Source: an uncultured Planctomycetota bacterium (GTDB taxonomy: Bacteria > Planctomycetota > Planctomycetia > Pirellulales > Lacipirellulaceae). From it: a DNA stretch of 64,000 bases. The translations under genes were made by a program, and so were the position numbers. Of this stretch, positions 44,412-54,242 are shown piece by piece (positions within the stretch are counted from its first letter, which is position 1; each line of letters starts with the position of its first letter). The notes under the pieces are model-generated. The model made no database searches, was not told the DNA's origin, and saw only the letters and a program-made list of their open reading frames with translations. The stretch spans positions 256,001 through 320,000 of the forward strand of contig CAVRBU010000003.1 of assembly GCA_963719315.1 (NCBI GenBank), in the 5' to 3' direction.

Positions 44412-44840
44412 TCAAGCGGAATTTTTAGACCGACGCTTTGTCGTGGCAACGCTCGGTAATTTGATTCCCAGAGCGACCAACAGTGCAAATGTTGGACCCA
44501 TTTGGCCGTTTGTCATCTGTCGGCCGGAAAGCCCTGTGCCAGGAGCTTCCAGCCAATAGCACTCGTTCGTGAGAATTAGCTGGGACGCTCGAAGCGCCGA
44601 ACTGCGCAGGACCCAAACCGTGCGATCGTTCTCGTCGACATCAACGTCGATGCCCAACGGCGCCGCAAGAAGAACGCGCAGCGATTCGTAGCGTGATTCG
44701 CCACGTCGATGAGCGTCCACTCGCAGCAGGCTGTCTAGAGTATCCGCTGCCGAGCGAATGACTTCACGGTCGGGCGATTGCAGCCAAAGTTCGGCCAAAT
44801 TGCGTTCGGCCGAGGGCGTCCAGAAGACGGTATATTTCAT
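44412..44840 (-). CDS. RelE-like toxin (3' end probably run-on or degenerate)
   Basis: MKYTVFWTPSAERNLAELWL...GESR...DRTVWVL; overlaps the upstream small ORF by 4 bp. Confidence 0.6.
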   Translation of the reverse strand: MKYTVFWTPSAERNLAELWLQSPDREVIRSAADTLDSLLRVDAHRRGESRYESLRVLLAAPLGIDVDVDENDRTVWVLRSSALRASQLILTNECYWLEAPGTGLSGRQMTNGQMGPTFALLVALGIKLPSVATTKRRSKNSA

Positions 44841-45070
44841 GCTGGCCGATTCAAATCGGCCAAGATATCTGGCAACGGCCGACCGGTCCGCTGCAGGCGT
44901 GCGACTTCGATCTCTTCGTCCGAAATCGGCGAGGCGGTCCGGTTTTGACCCGCTAGAGCAACTGGATGAAAGAATCCGACAATTCGGCCGCTCTCGTCGC
45001 AGAATTCAACGAGATTCTGGAGTCCGCCTAGCTTCGCCCTCAATTCGGAATCCACCGTAAACCTGGTCAT
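44837..45070 (-). CDS. Putative antitoxin
   Basis: 77 aa with VEFCDESGRIVGFF...ISDEEI; coupled to the toxin-like ORF. Confidence 0.6.
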   Translation of the reverse strand: MTRFTVDSELRAKLGGLQNLVEFCDESGRIVGFFHPVALAGQNRTASPISDEEIEVARLQRTGRPLPDILADLNRPA

Positions 45071-45757
45071 ACCAATTTCCTTTTACTATCCAGAACGCGA
45101 TTCGCCTGCATCCGAAAGCGCGGCAACCGGGATTAACGGACCAGTTGCACTGAGAGTTTCTCAAAATGTTCATGCGCAACCATCGCCATGACTTCTTCAC
45201 ACGTGGTCCATGGGTAAATTATACCATGCTGAGATTCGGCCGTCGAAATCACTGATCCACCGGCATGGAAGGGAATTTGCTCGGCGTGCCCCTGTTCATT
45301 TGTGATCCGCCATAGCGGACTCGGCCCGGCGGCATTGCCTTTTCCGCGCCGCTGCGCGGTCAACCCTCGAAAACTAGCCTATCGCTCTTGGCCGCGGACC
45401 GTGCTAGCGACGATCGTCGATACTACACTCGCTCTCCATCAAAGCCGGTGTGATTTCGAAATGCCAAACTCGCAGTGTTGCCGGCGGCGTCAACTTGCAG
45501 CGGTTTGTTTGCTTCCTTACTCGAACTGAAAAGACGAACCGCCAAGGCCGCCAAGAACGCCAAGGAATACAGTGAGAAAACAACTTGGCATGCAGTTCGT
45601 CTGTGAAACCGATTCGACAGTCTATCGCGTTTTAGTCGTATTCAACGAAGGCTTGGCGCTCTTGGCGTGCTTGGCGGTTTTCACTTTGAGTTTCCTTAGC
45701 AGTTGCACCGCAACAGCCTATGCCGCCAAGGCACTCTCATTCGCCGCGGACAGCTCC

Positions 45758-46117
45758 TCAGGAGGCGGGCCACTGTCGAAATACGATGCAAACGCCCGTT
45801 TTGTCCAGCAGAGAGAATTCAAGCGCTCCCCAAGGCCTCTGGGTGACGCGAGGTAGATTCGGATGGAGCATGTCCGGACGCTTTACCGAGATGTCGTCAT
45901 AGATCTCTTGAATATTGTCCGTTTCTATGGCGATCTCGGGTCGGTCCTTCGCCGCGTATTCGGCGTTTTCGACGACATAGGCCTTCGCTCCATCTCTGCC
46001 AACGACGGCCAATGAGCTGTCTTGATGGAGCACCTGGAATCCGAGGCAGTTCACGAACAGGTCGAGGCCTTGGTCCATGCGGTCGAAGAATACTTTCGGA
46101 ACCAGCCGAATCATCAT
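45758..46117 (-). CDS. Cassette gene: VOC/glyoxalase-bleomycin resistance family
   Basis: GTTAGGC, then AAGGAG, then ATG; LGF...RPWGALEFSLLD.TG. Confidence 0.8.
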   Translation of the reverse strand: MMIRLVPKVFFDRMDQGLDLFVNCLGFQVLHQDSSLAVVGRDGAKAYVVENAEYAAKDRPEIAIETDNIQEIYDDISVKRPDMLHPNLPRVTQRPWGALEFSLLDKTGVCIVFRQWPAS

Positions 46118-46135
46118 GTGCGCTCTCCTTAAAAT

Positions 46136-46234
46136 GCCTAACGCTCATGATCAGCCGCAACTGAAAGTGGCGCGACATTTGCGCGAGCAATAGGCGTGAC
46201 ACGTTCAATTGTCGGTTGCATCGTTTTGTTCGGT
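46136..46234 (-). other. attC site
   Basis: Minus strand ACCGAAC-AAAAC-GATGCAACCG...CGGCTGATC-ATGAGC-GTTAGGC. Confidence 0.8.
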
Positions 46235-46284
46235 GCCCACGTTAGACGAGATTGAATAGGCCGTCCATGCCTGCTGGGATGGAG

Positions 46285-46674
46285 TTACCAGAAAGCGTCG
46301 TCTTCTCGTTCACGCACATTCCGAAGACGGTACTCAGCGATGTTGCGGACCAGATCTTCTGGCACGGGCTTGTCGTAGGGAATCTGAAGGTAGTTTTTGG
46401 TCGTCTTGTGCTTTTGGAGTTCCTTGCGAAATGCCTCCAGCGCCGCCGGTGAGGGCGCGAAGTTGCAGTGTGCCTTGTGCGCGGAGAAAGCGAACAGGAA
46501 TCGGGGCTCCACGAAGAAGGGGGTTCCCCACTTGATCACTTCCTCGGCTTCCGGCGCGACGCTCTTGAGGATCGCGTACAGCCGGCGCAAATGCGGCTGG
46601 CCCTCGCGTGGGGCAGCGCGGATATACTCGGCGATCGTCGTCGGACGCTTTAGCACCATTTTCGCGCTGATCAA
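46285..46674 (-). CDS. Cassette gene: DUF1801/YdhG-like protein
   Basis: TIAEYI...APEAEEVIKWGTPFF...FSAHKAH...QIPYDKPVP. Confidence 0.85.
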   Translation of the reverse strand: MISAKMVLKRPTTIAEYIRAAPREGQPHLRRLYAILKSVAPEAEEVIKWGTPFFVEPRFLFAFSAHKAHCNFAPSPAALEAFRKELQKHKTTKNYLQIPYDKPVPEDLVRNIAEYRLRNVREREDDAFW

Positions 46675-46811
46675 AAAGTTGGTATTCGCTAGAATTGGGC
46701 GTCCCTAAATAAGATTTATTAGATTCTCAATTCGACGGCTCTTGATATTAACTGGTTTGGTTGCCGTTCTGCTTTACATACTACTTCTCAGACCAACAGC
46801 TATAAAGCATA

Positions 46812-47198
46812 TCAGTTTGCGAGAATATGCAGGGCGACGATGCCCAAGATGACTCCCGCCGCAGCTGTCAGAACGGCGATGGAAACGGTCGGAGCATGCG
46901 TACGGATTGCGGCCAGCGGTTGCCGGACGGCCGCTCGTAGCCCTTCCACTTCCCAACTTTGCAGCAGCGTCGCGCAACCGACGACGAGCACCAGAAACGG
47001 CAAAGCTACCAGCAGAAGCCAGAGAGTCCACTGTCGTTCCGCGTACCACATGACAGTGCGCTGAGCGGCCAAGTCCAAGCCAAAGGCCGCAGTCTGCATG
47101 TGGCGGACCACTAGCGCTCCCATGAATAGCGCGGCCGGAAGTATCAGCAAGAGCTCCGCTAGCGCGACGTTGCGCTTATTCGTGTTCATAATGCACAT
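46812..47198 (-). CDS. Cassette gene: 3-TM hypothetical membrane protein
   Basis: Three hydrophobic helices; starts just after attC 47236. Confidence 0.7.
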   Translation of the reverse strand: MCIMNTNKRNVALAELLLILPAALFMGALVVRHMQTAAFGLDLAAQRTVMWYAERQWTLWLLLVALPFLVLVVGCATLLQSWEVEGLRAAVRQPLAAIRTHAPTVSIAVLTAAAGVILGIVALHILAN

Positions 47199-47235
47199 TC
47201 TATGGACTAACCATGAAAGAGATCGAACTTCCGCC

Positions 47236-47362
47236 GGCTAACACCAAAGCTCAGTTGCCCGCCGGAATAACGTGGCGGGGTTGAAGGCAGTATAAACGCT
47301 GCTAAAGAAAAACGCCAAACGGCCCGCGTTGCCGGCGGGTCAACTGCTGCGCCTTGCTAGGC
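47236..47362 (-). other. attC site
   Basis: Minus strand GCCTAGC-AAGGC-GCAGCAGTTGACCCGCCGG...CCGGCGGGCAACTGAGC-TTTGGT-GTTAGCC; the upstream gene's TAG lies in R''. Confidence 0.85.
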
Positions 47363-47578
47363 TGGGTGGCCATTTGCCACTTGCAATTCTGTCATCAGTA
47401 ACAAGTCCAAGACACTGTAGCTTTCGTCGGGCTGGAACACAATTACGGTACGACCCGACGGCGACTGGGCGACGAAGTCCGGATGAGAAACTTGAAAAGT
47501 CCGCCCATCGGCCATGCGAATGGTGAACGGCCTGAATGGTTGAAGGTGGAGTGTCGTTTTGAACTGCTCCGTGGTCAT
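47357..47578 (-). CDS. Cassette gene: small hypothetical protein
   Basis: 73 aa with QPFRPFTIRMADGRTFQVSHPD; fills the space between two attC sites. Confidence 0.8.
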   Translation of the reverse strand: MTTEQFKTTLHLQPFRPFTIRMADGRTFQVSHPDFVAQSPSGRTVIVFQPDESYSVLDLLLMTELQVANGHPA

Positions 47579-47608
47579 ACCACAATTATACCATTTCGGT
47601 TGCCCACT

Positions 47609-47735
47609 GCCTAACGATCAAGCTTAGCGACCGCCGTCCCGTAAAGCGGGATAGGCTGCAAGAGTCGCTGACAAATCATCCGAACCGTCCGCCTGCAAAG
47701 CGGGGCGGCGATTCGCTGTAGCACCCTGGTTAGGC
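47609..47735 (-). other. attC site
   Basis: Minus strand GCCTAAC...GCTACAGCGAATCGCCGCC...GGCGGTCGCTAAGC-TTGATC-GTTAGGC. Confidence 0.88.
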
Positions 47736-47771
47736 GTTCGGTTGGACTCGGAGAAGTCTCCGCACAATGCT

Positions 47772-48206
47772 TTACCCGAGCTGCTCGGCAAGACCGACAA
47801 TGATGCCCTCGGGCCAGCGTATGTAGGCTAGGCGATACGTGTCCTCATACTGAATTTCGCCAATGAGCTCGGCCCCGTGGGCGAGCATGTGCGCGACGAC
47901 AGCGTCGATGTCATCGACTGCGAACATGACGCGACGGATGCCCAGCGTGTTCACCGGTGCGTCCACGGGCCCAAACCTGATGGCGTTGGGCGTGTGGAAC
48001 TTGTCCAACTCAATGCCCTGCCCGTCGGGAGTCCGCATCATCGCGAGGGTGGCCCGGACATCCTTGAGCCCGATCAGTCTCCCGACTAAAGGCACTTCGA
48101 CCGTCGTTTCGCCCTCAAGCTTGAGGCCCAGTTCGATGAAAAACGCCTTGGCGGGTTCGAGATCGTCGACGACGATGAGGACGTTGTCCATTCGTTTGAG
48201 CGACAT
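47772..48206 (-). CDS. Cassette gene: VOC/glyoxalase family protein
   Basis: RMDNVLIVVDDL..AKAFF..LGL...IELDKF...MFAVDDID...PEGIIVGLAE. Confidence 0.9.
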   Translation of the reverse strand: MSLKRMDNVLIVVDDLEPAKAFFIELGLKLEGETTVEVPLVGRLIGLKDVRATLAMMRTPDGQGIELDKFHTPNAIRFGPVDAPVNTLGIRRVMFAVDDIDAVVAHMLAHGAELIGEIQYEDTYRLAYIRWPEGIIVGLAEQLG

Positions 48207-48227
48207 GTTCTTCCGAGACTTGGATTA

Positions 48228-49404
48228 TACCCTGCGTGGGGATAAATGATCTGTTCCCGAGTAGCTGATTTGTTGTACAAGGCCCTTATGTCGCCATCGA
48301 GGAGGATGGCGTGTTGCTGGCAAGGAGGGCTGTCATGGCTTGGTTTCGAGTCCGATTGACGGAAGAGGAACAGCGAATTGTCGCGGCCGAGCGGGAGTCT
48401 CATCCGGAGTCGCATGTCCGCCGCAAGATGCTGGTGTTGTGGTCGCTGCAGTGTGGTTTGAAGCGATCCCAGGCGGCGAAATTGGCGGGGGTCGGAGTGG
48501 CGACCGTCGGGCGGTACGTTGCGGCCTATCGTGATGGCGGGTTGGAGGGTCTGCGGCGGTGGAATGTGCAAGGGCCCGTGAGCGACTTGGCCGCCTATCG
48601 CGACGTGATCCGCGCGTCGTTCGAGAACCAGCCGGTCCGCACGACCGCGGAAGCCTGCGAACGCATTTACCAACTGACCGGCCTGCGGCGGGGACTGTCG
48701 CAAACTCGCAAGTTCCTGAAAGACATGGGACTCAAGTGGCAGCGGGTCCGGGCATCCCCGTGCCGCCCAAAAAAACTTGGCCCAGCATGTCGCCGCGCAG
48801 GCCCTGTTTCACAACGTCGAACTGAAGCCCCGCCTCGACGCCGCCGCCCGAGGGCGGGGACACGTCTTCTTCGTCGATGCGGCCCACTTTGTGTACGGGA
48901 CGTTCCTGTGCTGCTTGTGGTCGTTCACGCGAATCTTCGTGCGGGCCGCCTCGGGCCGCCAGCGGTTCAATGTCCTGGGAGCCTGGAACGCCGTGACCCG
49001 CGAACTGGTAAGCGTGACCAACACCACGGTCGTCAACACGGAAACGATGTGCGAGCTGTTGCGGAAGATCGCTGCCCTCGGTCTGGCCGGACCGATCACG
49101 TTGGTGCTGGACAACCCTCGCTACCAACGTAACGCCGCGGTGCAAGCGTTGGCGACGCAACTGGAAATCACGCTGCTGTTCCTGCCCTCCTACTCGCCGA
49201 ACCTGAACCTCATCGAACGGCTTTGGAAGTTCATCAAGCGGCGGGCCATCTATGGGCGTTACCATCCCGGATTTCAAGAGTTTCAAGCCGCCATCCAAGA
49301 AACAATCGCCGACCTCGCAACCCGCCACGCCGAACCCCTCAAATCCCTCATGACGCTCAACTTTCAGCGATTCGAAGATGTCTCATTGCTGGCCGCGTAG
49401 GGTA
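48228..49404 (+). mobile_element. IS630-family insertion sequence with TA target duplication
   Basis: TA at 48226-27 and 49405-06; imperfect terminal repeats TACCCTGCG / CGTAGGGTA; HTH ORF from 48335 and DDE ORF to 49400 (FVDAAH, LVLDN, LPSYSPNLNLIERLW) joined at an A7 run near 48770. Confidence 0.9.
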
Positions 49405-49483
49405 TACTTGGGCATGGCTTCTGTGGCAGTTGCTATTCGGAGGGTGGATTATTTGGCTTTCGTTAAACAGTGCGAGTGAGAAC

Positions 49484-49609
49484 GCCTAACGATAAAGCTC
49501 AGTTGCTCGCCGGAGCGTAGTGGCGGGATTGCACGCAGTATATCCGCAGCGGAGAAAAACGCCGAAATGGCCGTTTGACTGGCGGGTCAACTGCAGCGCG
49601 TTGTTAGGC
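49484..49609 (-). other. attC site
   Basis: Minus strand GCCTAAC-AACGC-GCTGCAGTTGACCCGCC...GGCGAGCAACTGAGC-TTTATC-GTTAGGC. Confidence 0.9.
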
Positions 49610-50086
49610 GGCTGGTCCTCGAAAATGAATTAACCGGTCTAGTTTGTCGAGAAACCCGTCCTTATCCCGTAATCATAGTTGAAGTTTACCCGTTGATTGA
49701 TCACTTCGATTGAATTGAATGAGGACTGAATTCCCATGCTCTTCGACGTGGGTGATGTCCGCCAGCGGAATACGATGATCTAAATCATATTTCGCTGCTA
49801 TTCCCCGAAAGAAAGCAAAGGTTGTAACCCACAATTCAGAATCCGTCAAAACCACTCGCAGCGCATTTCGTCCACCCCCAGCCTTGTAAGGAGCGAGCGG
49901 TGAGAACAGCCCGACGCAAACCGCTCGCGGTGCAACACGTTGACGGATGACAACGATGGAAATTGCGGCCCCGTTGAAATTCGCCTCCAGGCCATAACCG
50001 CGAAGCCCGACAGGCAAATCGTCGCACAGATGCACCACATAACAAAGAAGTGGTCGTCGATAAAATTCTTGATTTGCTGGAACACG
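49604..50086 (-). pseudogene. Cassette gene: hypothetical membrane-anchored protein with a frameshift (~49875) and an in-frame TGA (49673)
   Basis: VFQQIKNF...ERFASG.SHRSLLTRLG joins GRNALRVVLTDSELWV...KLQL*LRDKDGFL...PAA*, whose final TAA lies in the attC R'' box. Confidence 0.65.
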
Positions 50087-50100
50087 CTGTAATCTTTGCG

Positions 50101-50129
50101 GCCAAACACCAAAGCTCAGTTGCCCGCCG
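50101..50129 (-). other. Half attC site (L'-R' arm only)
   Basis: Minus strand CGGCGGGCAACTGAGCTTTGGTGTTTGGC, nearly identical to the end of attC 47236. Confidence 0.8.
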
Positions 50130-50184
50130 AAACGGGGGACAAAGGGGACGCGACTCGTATTACGACTCAAGAACGAGTCGCGTC

Positions 50185-51178
50185 CTGCTCAGTAGAAAAC
50201 GTCTGAATGCTAGCTAAACATCGGTGTGTGTTGGTTCGTATGACGGTGGATGAAGACGAGCAAGAGTCCGAAGCGCGTGTTGGTCGAGGCACTGGCCGTG
50301 GCCCAGGCTTCGCTGCCGCGGTACTCGCATCGGTTCAGCCCACGGGTCTTCACGCAGCATCAACTGTTTGCCTGTCTGGTGCTCAAGGATTTTTACAACC
50401 TGACCTATCGGGGCACCGTTGGCCTGTTGGCGGACAGCGATTCGCTGTGCGAAGCGATCGGCCTGGAAAAGGTGCCCCACTTCACGACGCTGCAAAAGTC
50501 GGCCGATCGGTTGTTGGTGAAGAAGTCGTTTCAACGGCTGATCACGGCCACGGTCCAGCGGGCACGGAAGGCCAAGCTGCTCCGCCGCTCCGTGCGATTG
50601 GCAGCCATCGACACCAGCGGCTTCGAAGCGCGGCACACCAGTCGCTACTATGCCTGGCGTCGAAAAAAGGTGGGAAAACACGGACGAACGTGCACCGTCT
50701 CCTATCGCCGCTACCCCAAGCTGGGCGTGGTCTGCGACACGACGAGTCATTTCTGCCTGGCGGCCCGGGCTAGCCAGGGACCGCGGCCCGACTTCGGCGA
50801 TTTCCGCCCGCTCGTCGTCGAAGCGCAGGCTCGCACCGGAGTGAAGGCGGTCGCGGCGGACGCCGGCTTCGACAGCGAAGCCAACCACGTGTTGGCCCGC
50901 GACGAACTGGGGATTCAGTCCCTGATCCCCGCCGAGCACGGCCGACCGCCGGCCGGGGAACCCGTGGGCCGCTATCGAAAGCAGATGAAACGTCATTTGC
51001 ACGAAAGTCGTTATGGACAACGTTGGCAGGTGGAAACCGTCTACTCGATGATCAAACGTCTCTCGGGAGAAGTCGTCAACGCCCGCACCCACTGGCGCCG
51101 CTGCCGACTCCTGCTCCTCAAAACACTCACTCACAACATCTCGATTCTCAGACAACACCTAGGTTTTCTACTGAGCAG
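50185..51178 (+). mobile_element. IS5-like (DDE) insertion sequence with 16-bp perfect terminal repeats and 7-bp target duplication
   Basis: CTGCTCAGTAGAAAAC / GTTTTCTACTGAGCAG; TCGCGTC at 50178-84 and 51179-85; transposase from 50250 (PHFTTLQK, AIDTSG, ADAGFDS, YGQRWQVETVYSMIKR). Confidence 0.92.
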
Positions 51179-51216
51179 TCGCGTCCCCTTTTCTTTCTGG
51201 TTCGGCAAGGATTCCT

Positions 51217-51489
51217 CTATCGCACGAGCCACGCCAGAGCTCCTATGGCACTGAGCAATATGACACCAAGGACCAATCGCGTCTCCTTCGGAGTGTTCTT
51301 TCGCGCTACGAAAAAATAGATCAATGCCCCGAGCAGGTAAAACACGAGAATGCACAAAGCCCAAAGTATCTTCGAGGCTATCGAAGGTTGTTTGGTGACG
51401 GCATCGATCAGCATCCATAACCAGAAGATTGTTATGCAGGCAAGCGAGACCTGGGCGATGGGCGCTCCAACGTTGATTTGCGCAAGCAT
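51217..51489 (-). CDS. First cassette gene: PLDc N-terminal-like small membrane protein
   Basis: FWLWMLIDA.......KILWALCILVFYLLGALIYFF. Confidence 0.7.
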   Translation of the reverse strand: MLAQINVGAPIAQVSLACITIFWLWMLIDAVTKQPSIASKILWALCILVFYLLGALIYFFVARKNTPKETRLVLGVILLSAIGALAWLVR

Positions 51490-51526
51490 GGGTTGTTGGG
51501 TGTTCCGGTGTTTTCGAAAAGTTTAT

Positions 51527-51546
51527 GCCTAACTTGTTAGTAGACA
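51527..51546 (-). other. Putative attI site
   Basis: Minus strand TGTCTACTAACAA-GTTAGGC, between the intI 5' region and the first cassette, without an attC-type palindrome. Confidence 0.65.
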
Positions 51547-51598
51547 CATAATATGTGGATAAGACCGTCCTATCCACATTAAAGTTGAATAATCCTGC

Positions 51599-51626
51599 TT
51601 GACAACCGGGGGACCTGCAGTATACA
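51599..51626 (+). promoter_or_regulatory. Putative intI promoter
   Basis: TTGACA-N16-TATACA upstream of the integrase frame. Confidence 0.45.
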
Positions 51627-51656
51627 TGCGTTCATATCGACGCCCGTCCGCATGTT

Positions 51657-51941
51657 CTGAGTACCTCTTATACGAACGTAGCTTACCCACCTGCCGGAGC
51701 CCAGGCAACTGCGCCGATCGCCGCGCCAAAACTGCTCGATCAGGTCCGAGCAGCCTTCCGAACCAAACATTACTCCTATCGGACCGAGCAGGCGTACGTT
51801 CATTGGATTCGGCGATTCATCCTGTTCCATGGCAAGCGGCATCCGCGCAAAATGGGCGGACCGGAAATCGAACGCTTTCTTACCAACCTTGCGGTCGCGC
51901 AATCCGTTGCCGCCAGTACCCAAACGCAGGCTCTTTGCGCC
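51657..51941 (+). pseudogene. intI: Truncated integron integrase (N-terminal domain only)
   Basis: Frame absent from the ORF track reads PKLLDQVRAAFRTKHYSYRTEQAYVHWIRRFILFHGKRHPRKMGGPEIERFLTNLAVAQSVAASTQTQALCA and then runs into a REP. No ATG found in frame. Confidence 0.92.
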
Positions 51942-52032
51942 GGGTGCCATGCTCTCGGCGCAGCGGCGGCGTGAGCATGTTCGGAGTCGCACCGCATGCT
52001 TACGCCGCAAGGCCGGCGAAAGCATGCCACCC
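51942..52032. repeat. REP-like palindromic doublet at the intI breakpoint
   Basis: GGGTGCCATGCTCTCG...GAGCATG ... CATGCTTACG...GAAAGCATGCCACCC. Confidence 0.8.
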
Positions 52033-52070
52033 TCACTCCTCGCTCACCACTCCTCACTCCTCGCCGCTCG

Positions 52071-53068
52071 TCAGTTCTCCGCGAACGCCGCGTCGAACGC
52101 CACGCTGCTTGGTTCGAAGTCGATTTTGCGGACGAACTCGCAGGCTTCGCGGGCACCTTGTTCGCGGTTCATGCCGACGTCTTCCCATTCGACCGAGAGC
52201 GGGCCTTCGTACTTGGCCTGATTCAGGCGCGGATGATCTCCTCGAAGTTCACGCCGCCGCGGCCTGGCGAGCGGAAGTCCCAGCCGCGGCGCGGGTCGCC
52301 GAAGTTGAGGTGGCTGCCCAAGATGCCGCTGCGGCCGTTGAGCGTGACGATCGCGTCCTTGATATGCACGTGGTAGATGCGGTCGGGGAACTCGCGAATG
52401 AACTCGACTGGGTCCACGCCCTGCCACAGCAGATGGCTGGGGTCGAAGTTGAAGCCGAACTCTTCGCGGTTGCCGATCGCGTCGAGCACCCGGCGGGCGG
52501 TGACGATATCGAACGCGATTTCGGTCGGATGCACTTCGAGCGCGAACCGCACGCCGCAGTCGCCGAACACGTCGAGGATCGGATTCCAGCGCTCGGCGAA
52601 TTGCTTGTAGCCCTCGTCGATCATCGAATCGGGCACCGGCGGGAACGAATACAAGAACGGCCAAATGCTGGAGCCGGTAAAGCCATTGACGACGCCGACG
52701 CCGAGTTGCTGCGCGGCGCGGGCAGCGTTCTTCATGTCGTCGGCAGCGCGGCGATTGACGCCGGCCGGGTCACCGTCGCCCCAGACGTGCGGCGGCAGGA
52801 TCGCGTGATGTCGCTGATCGATGCGATCGCACACCGCCTGGCCGACGAGATGCGAGCTAATCGCATGGCATTGCAGGTCGTAACGATCCAACAGGTCGCG
52901 CTTGGCGCCGCAGTAGTTCGGATCGGCGACCGCTTTGTTGATTTCGAAATGGTCGCCCCAACAGGCGAGTTCGACGCCCTGGTAGCCGAAGTCGCTCGCC
53001 TTGCGGCACATATCCTCCAACGGCAAATCGGCCCACTGGCCGGTGAACAGCGTTACGGGACGGGTCAT
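52071..53068 (-). CDS. Sugar phosphate isomerase/epimerase (xylose-isomerase-like TIM barrel); frameshift near 52225
   Basis: [48 protein letters not shown]. Confidence 0.88.
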
Positions 53069-53169
53069 GCGTTTCTCCTGGTCGAGGGGCGAGAGTTGAG
53101 GGGAGGGTCGAGGGTTGAGGGTTCAGGGTTGAGGGCCAGAATCATCAATCGCGGTGCTATACTTGCGAT

Positions 53170-54227
53170 ATGAGCGTCGAATAGTTGCCGCCTTGATGAT
53201 CTTGCTTGCGATTGCCGCGACCGCCTATGCTGCGCCGGCGATTGACTTGGAATTAGCAACCGAACGTGGAGTGCAAATTACCGCGCCCAGGAGTGGCTGC
53301 AACTGTTGACCGGCATCGGCATCGAGCACGTGCGGATTCGCGGCATTCGCCCGGGCGATGCGCCGGCCGTCGAGAACCGCGGCACGAAGCAGCAGCCCAA
53401 CTATCACGTGATGGGAATCGTCACGGCCCGCGATCAATTGCGGCTTGCCGGGCGGCACGTTTGGCCGAGGCGATCGAGCGAAGCTGAAGGACTTTTTCGA
53501 TCGCCTCGCGGCCGACGGAGCGGATTCGCTCACCGCGCCGAACGGGCGATTCGGCCTGACCGAGAAGGAATTGGCGACCGTGCTCGCCGATCTTTCCCAA
53601 TCTATAGACTTTGAAACCAAGGGGCAAGCAGCTCGCCCGGTCGTCGATCGGTTCATGGCCAAGCTTTCGTTGAAACTTGCTTTCGAGGGAGATGCGGAGC
53701 GAGCGCTCCGAGATGCCGCCCCCTTTGGCGACGAGTTGAAAGGTCTGTCGGCGGGCACGGGGCTGGCGATCTGGTTGCGAAATTACGGGCTGGTGATGCG
53801 GCCGGAAAAACTGCGCGGCCAGCCGGTCGTGTATCGGGTTACGGTGGCGGAAGCCGATGCGATAGGCCTGAGCACGCTCGGCAAAACAGAATCGGCCGAC
53901 GCAAAGTGCTGGCCAATTGGTTGGCAGCCGGAGAACGGGCCCGGTGCCGTGGCGCCGTCGCTATTGGAATCGCTCAACGCCGAGATCGACGGCTATACAC
54001 TGGAGGAAGCTCTCAACGCCATCGGCCCGCGGCTGAAGGTGCCCATGTATCTCGATCACGCGGCGCTGGCGGCGCACAAGATCGAGCCGGCCAAGGTTCA
54101 AGTCAAAGTGGCCCGCGCTCGCATGAGCTACAAGCGACTGCTCGACCGCGTGTTGACCCAAGCTCACCTCGGCAGCTCAGTCCGCGTGGATGAAAACGGC
54201 ATGGCGTTTTTGTGGGTGACGCGTTAA
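53170..54227 (+). CDS. Exported hypothetical protein split by several frameshifts
   Basis: Leader RRIVAALMILLAIAATAYA joins ORFs 53306 and 53445. Confidence 0.6.
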
Positions 54228-54242
54228 GTATGGATATAGAGA

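Larger units (their letters stand above)
45758..51941. mobile_element. Chromosomal integron: truncated intI (+), attI, cassette array on the minus strand
   Basis: IntI N-terminus divergent from small minus-strand genes that are separated by attC sites (listed individually). Confidence 0.88.

Noticed and set aside
45071..45757. Further attC sites or cassettes extending the array to the TA pair and monooxygenase
   Set aside because: No paired RYYYAAC/GTTRRRY boxes found; the hairpin at 45537-45679 is the nonamer repeat family also seen at 35972.
51600..51660. LexA box in the intI promoter
   Set aside because: No convincing CTGT-N8-ACAG or GAAC-N4-GTTC palindrome found by eye.
51599..53173. 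524-aa plus-strand ORF
   Set aside because: Shadow ORF: the wrong frame of intI followed by the antisense strand of the sugar isomerase gene.
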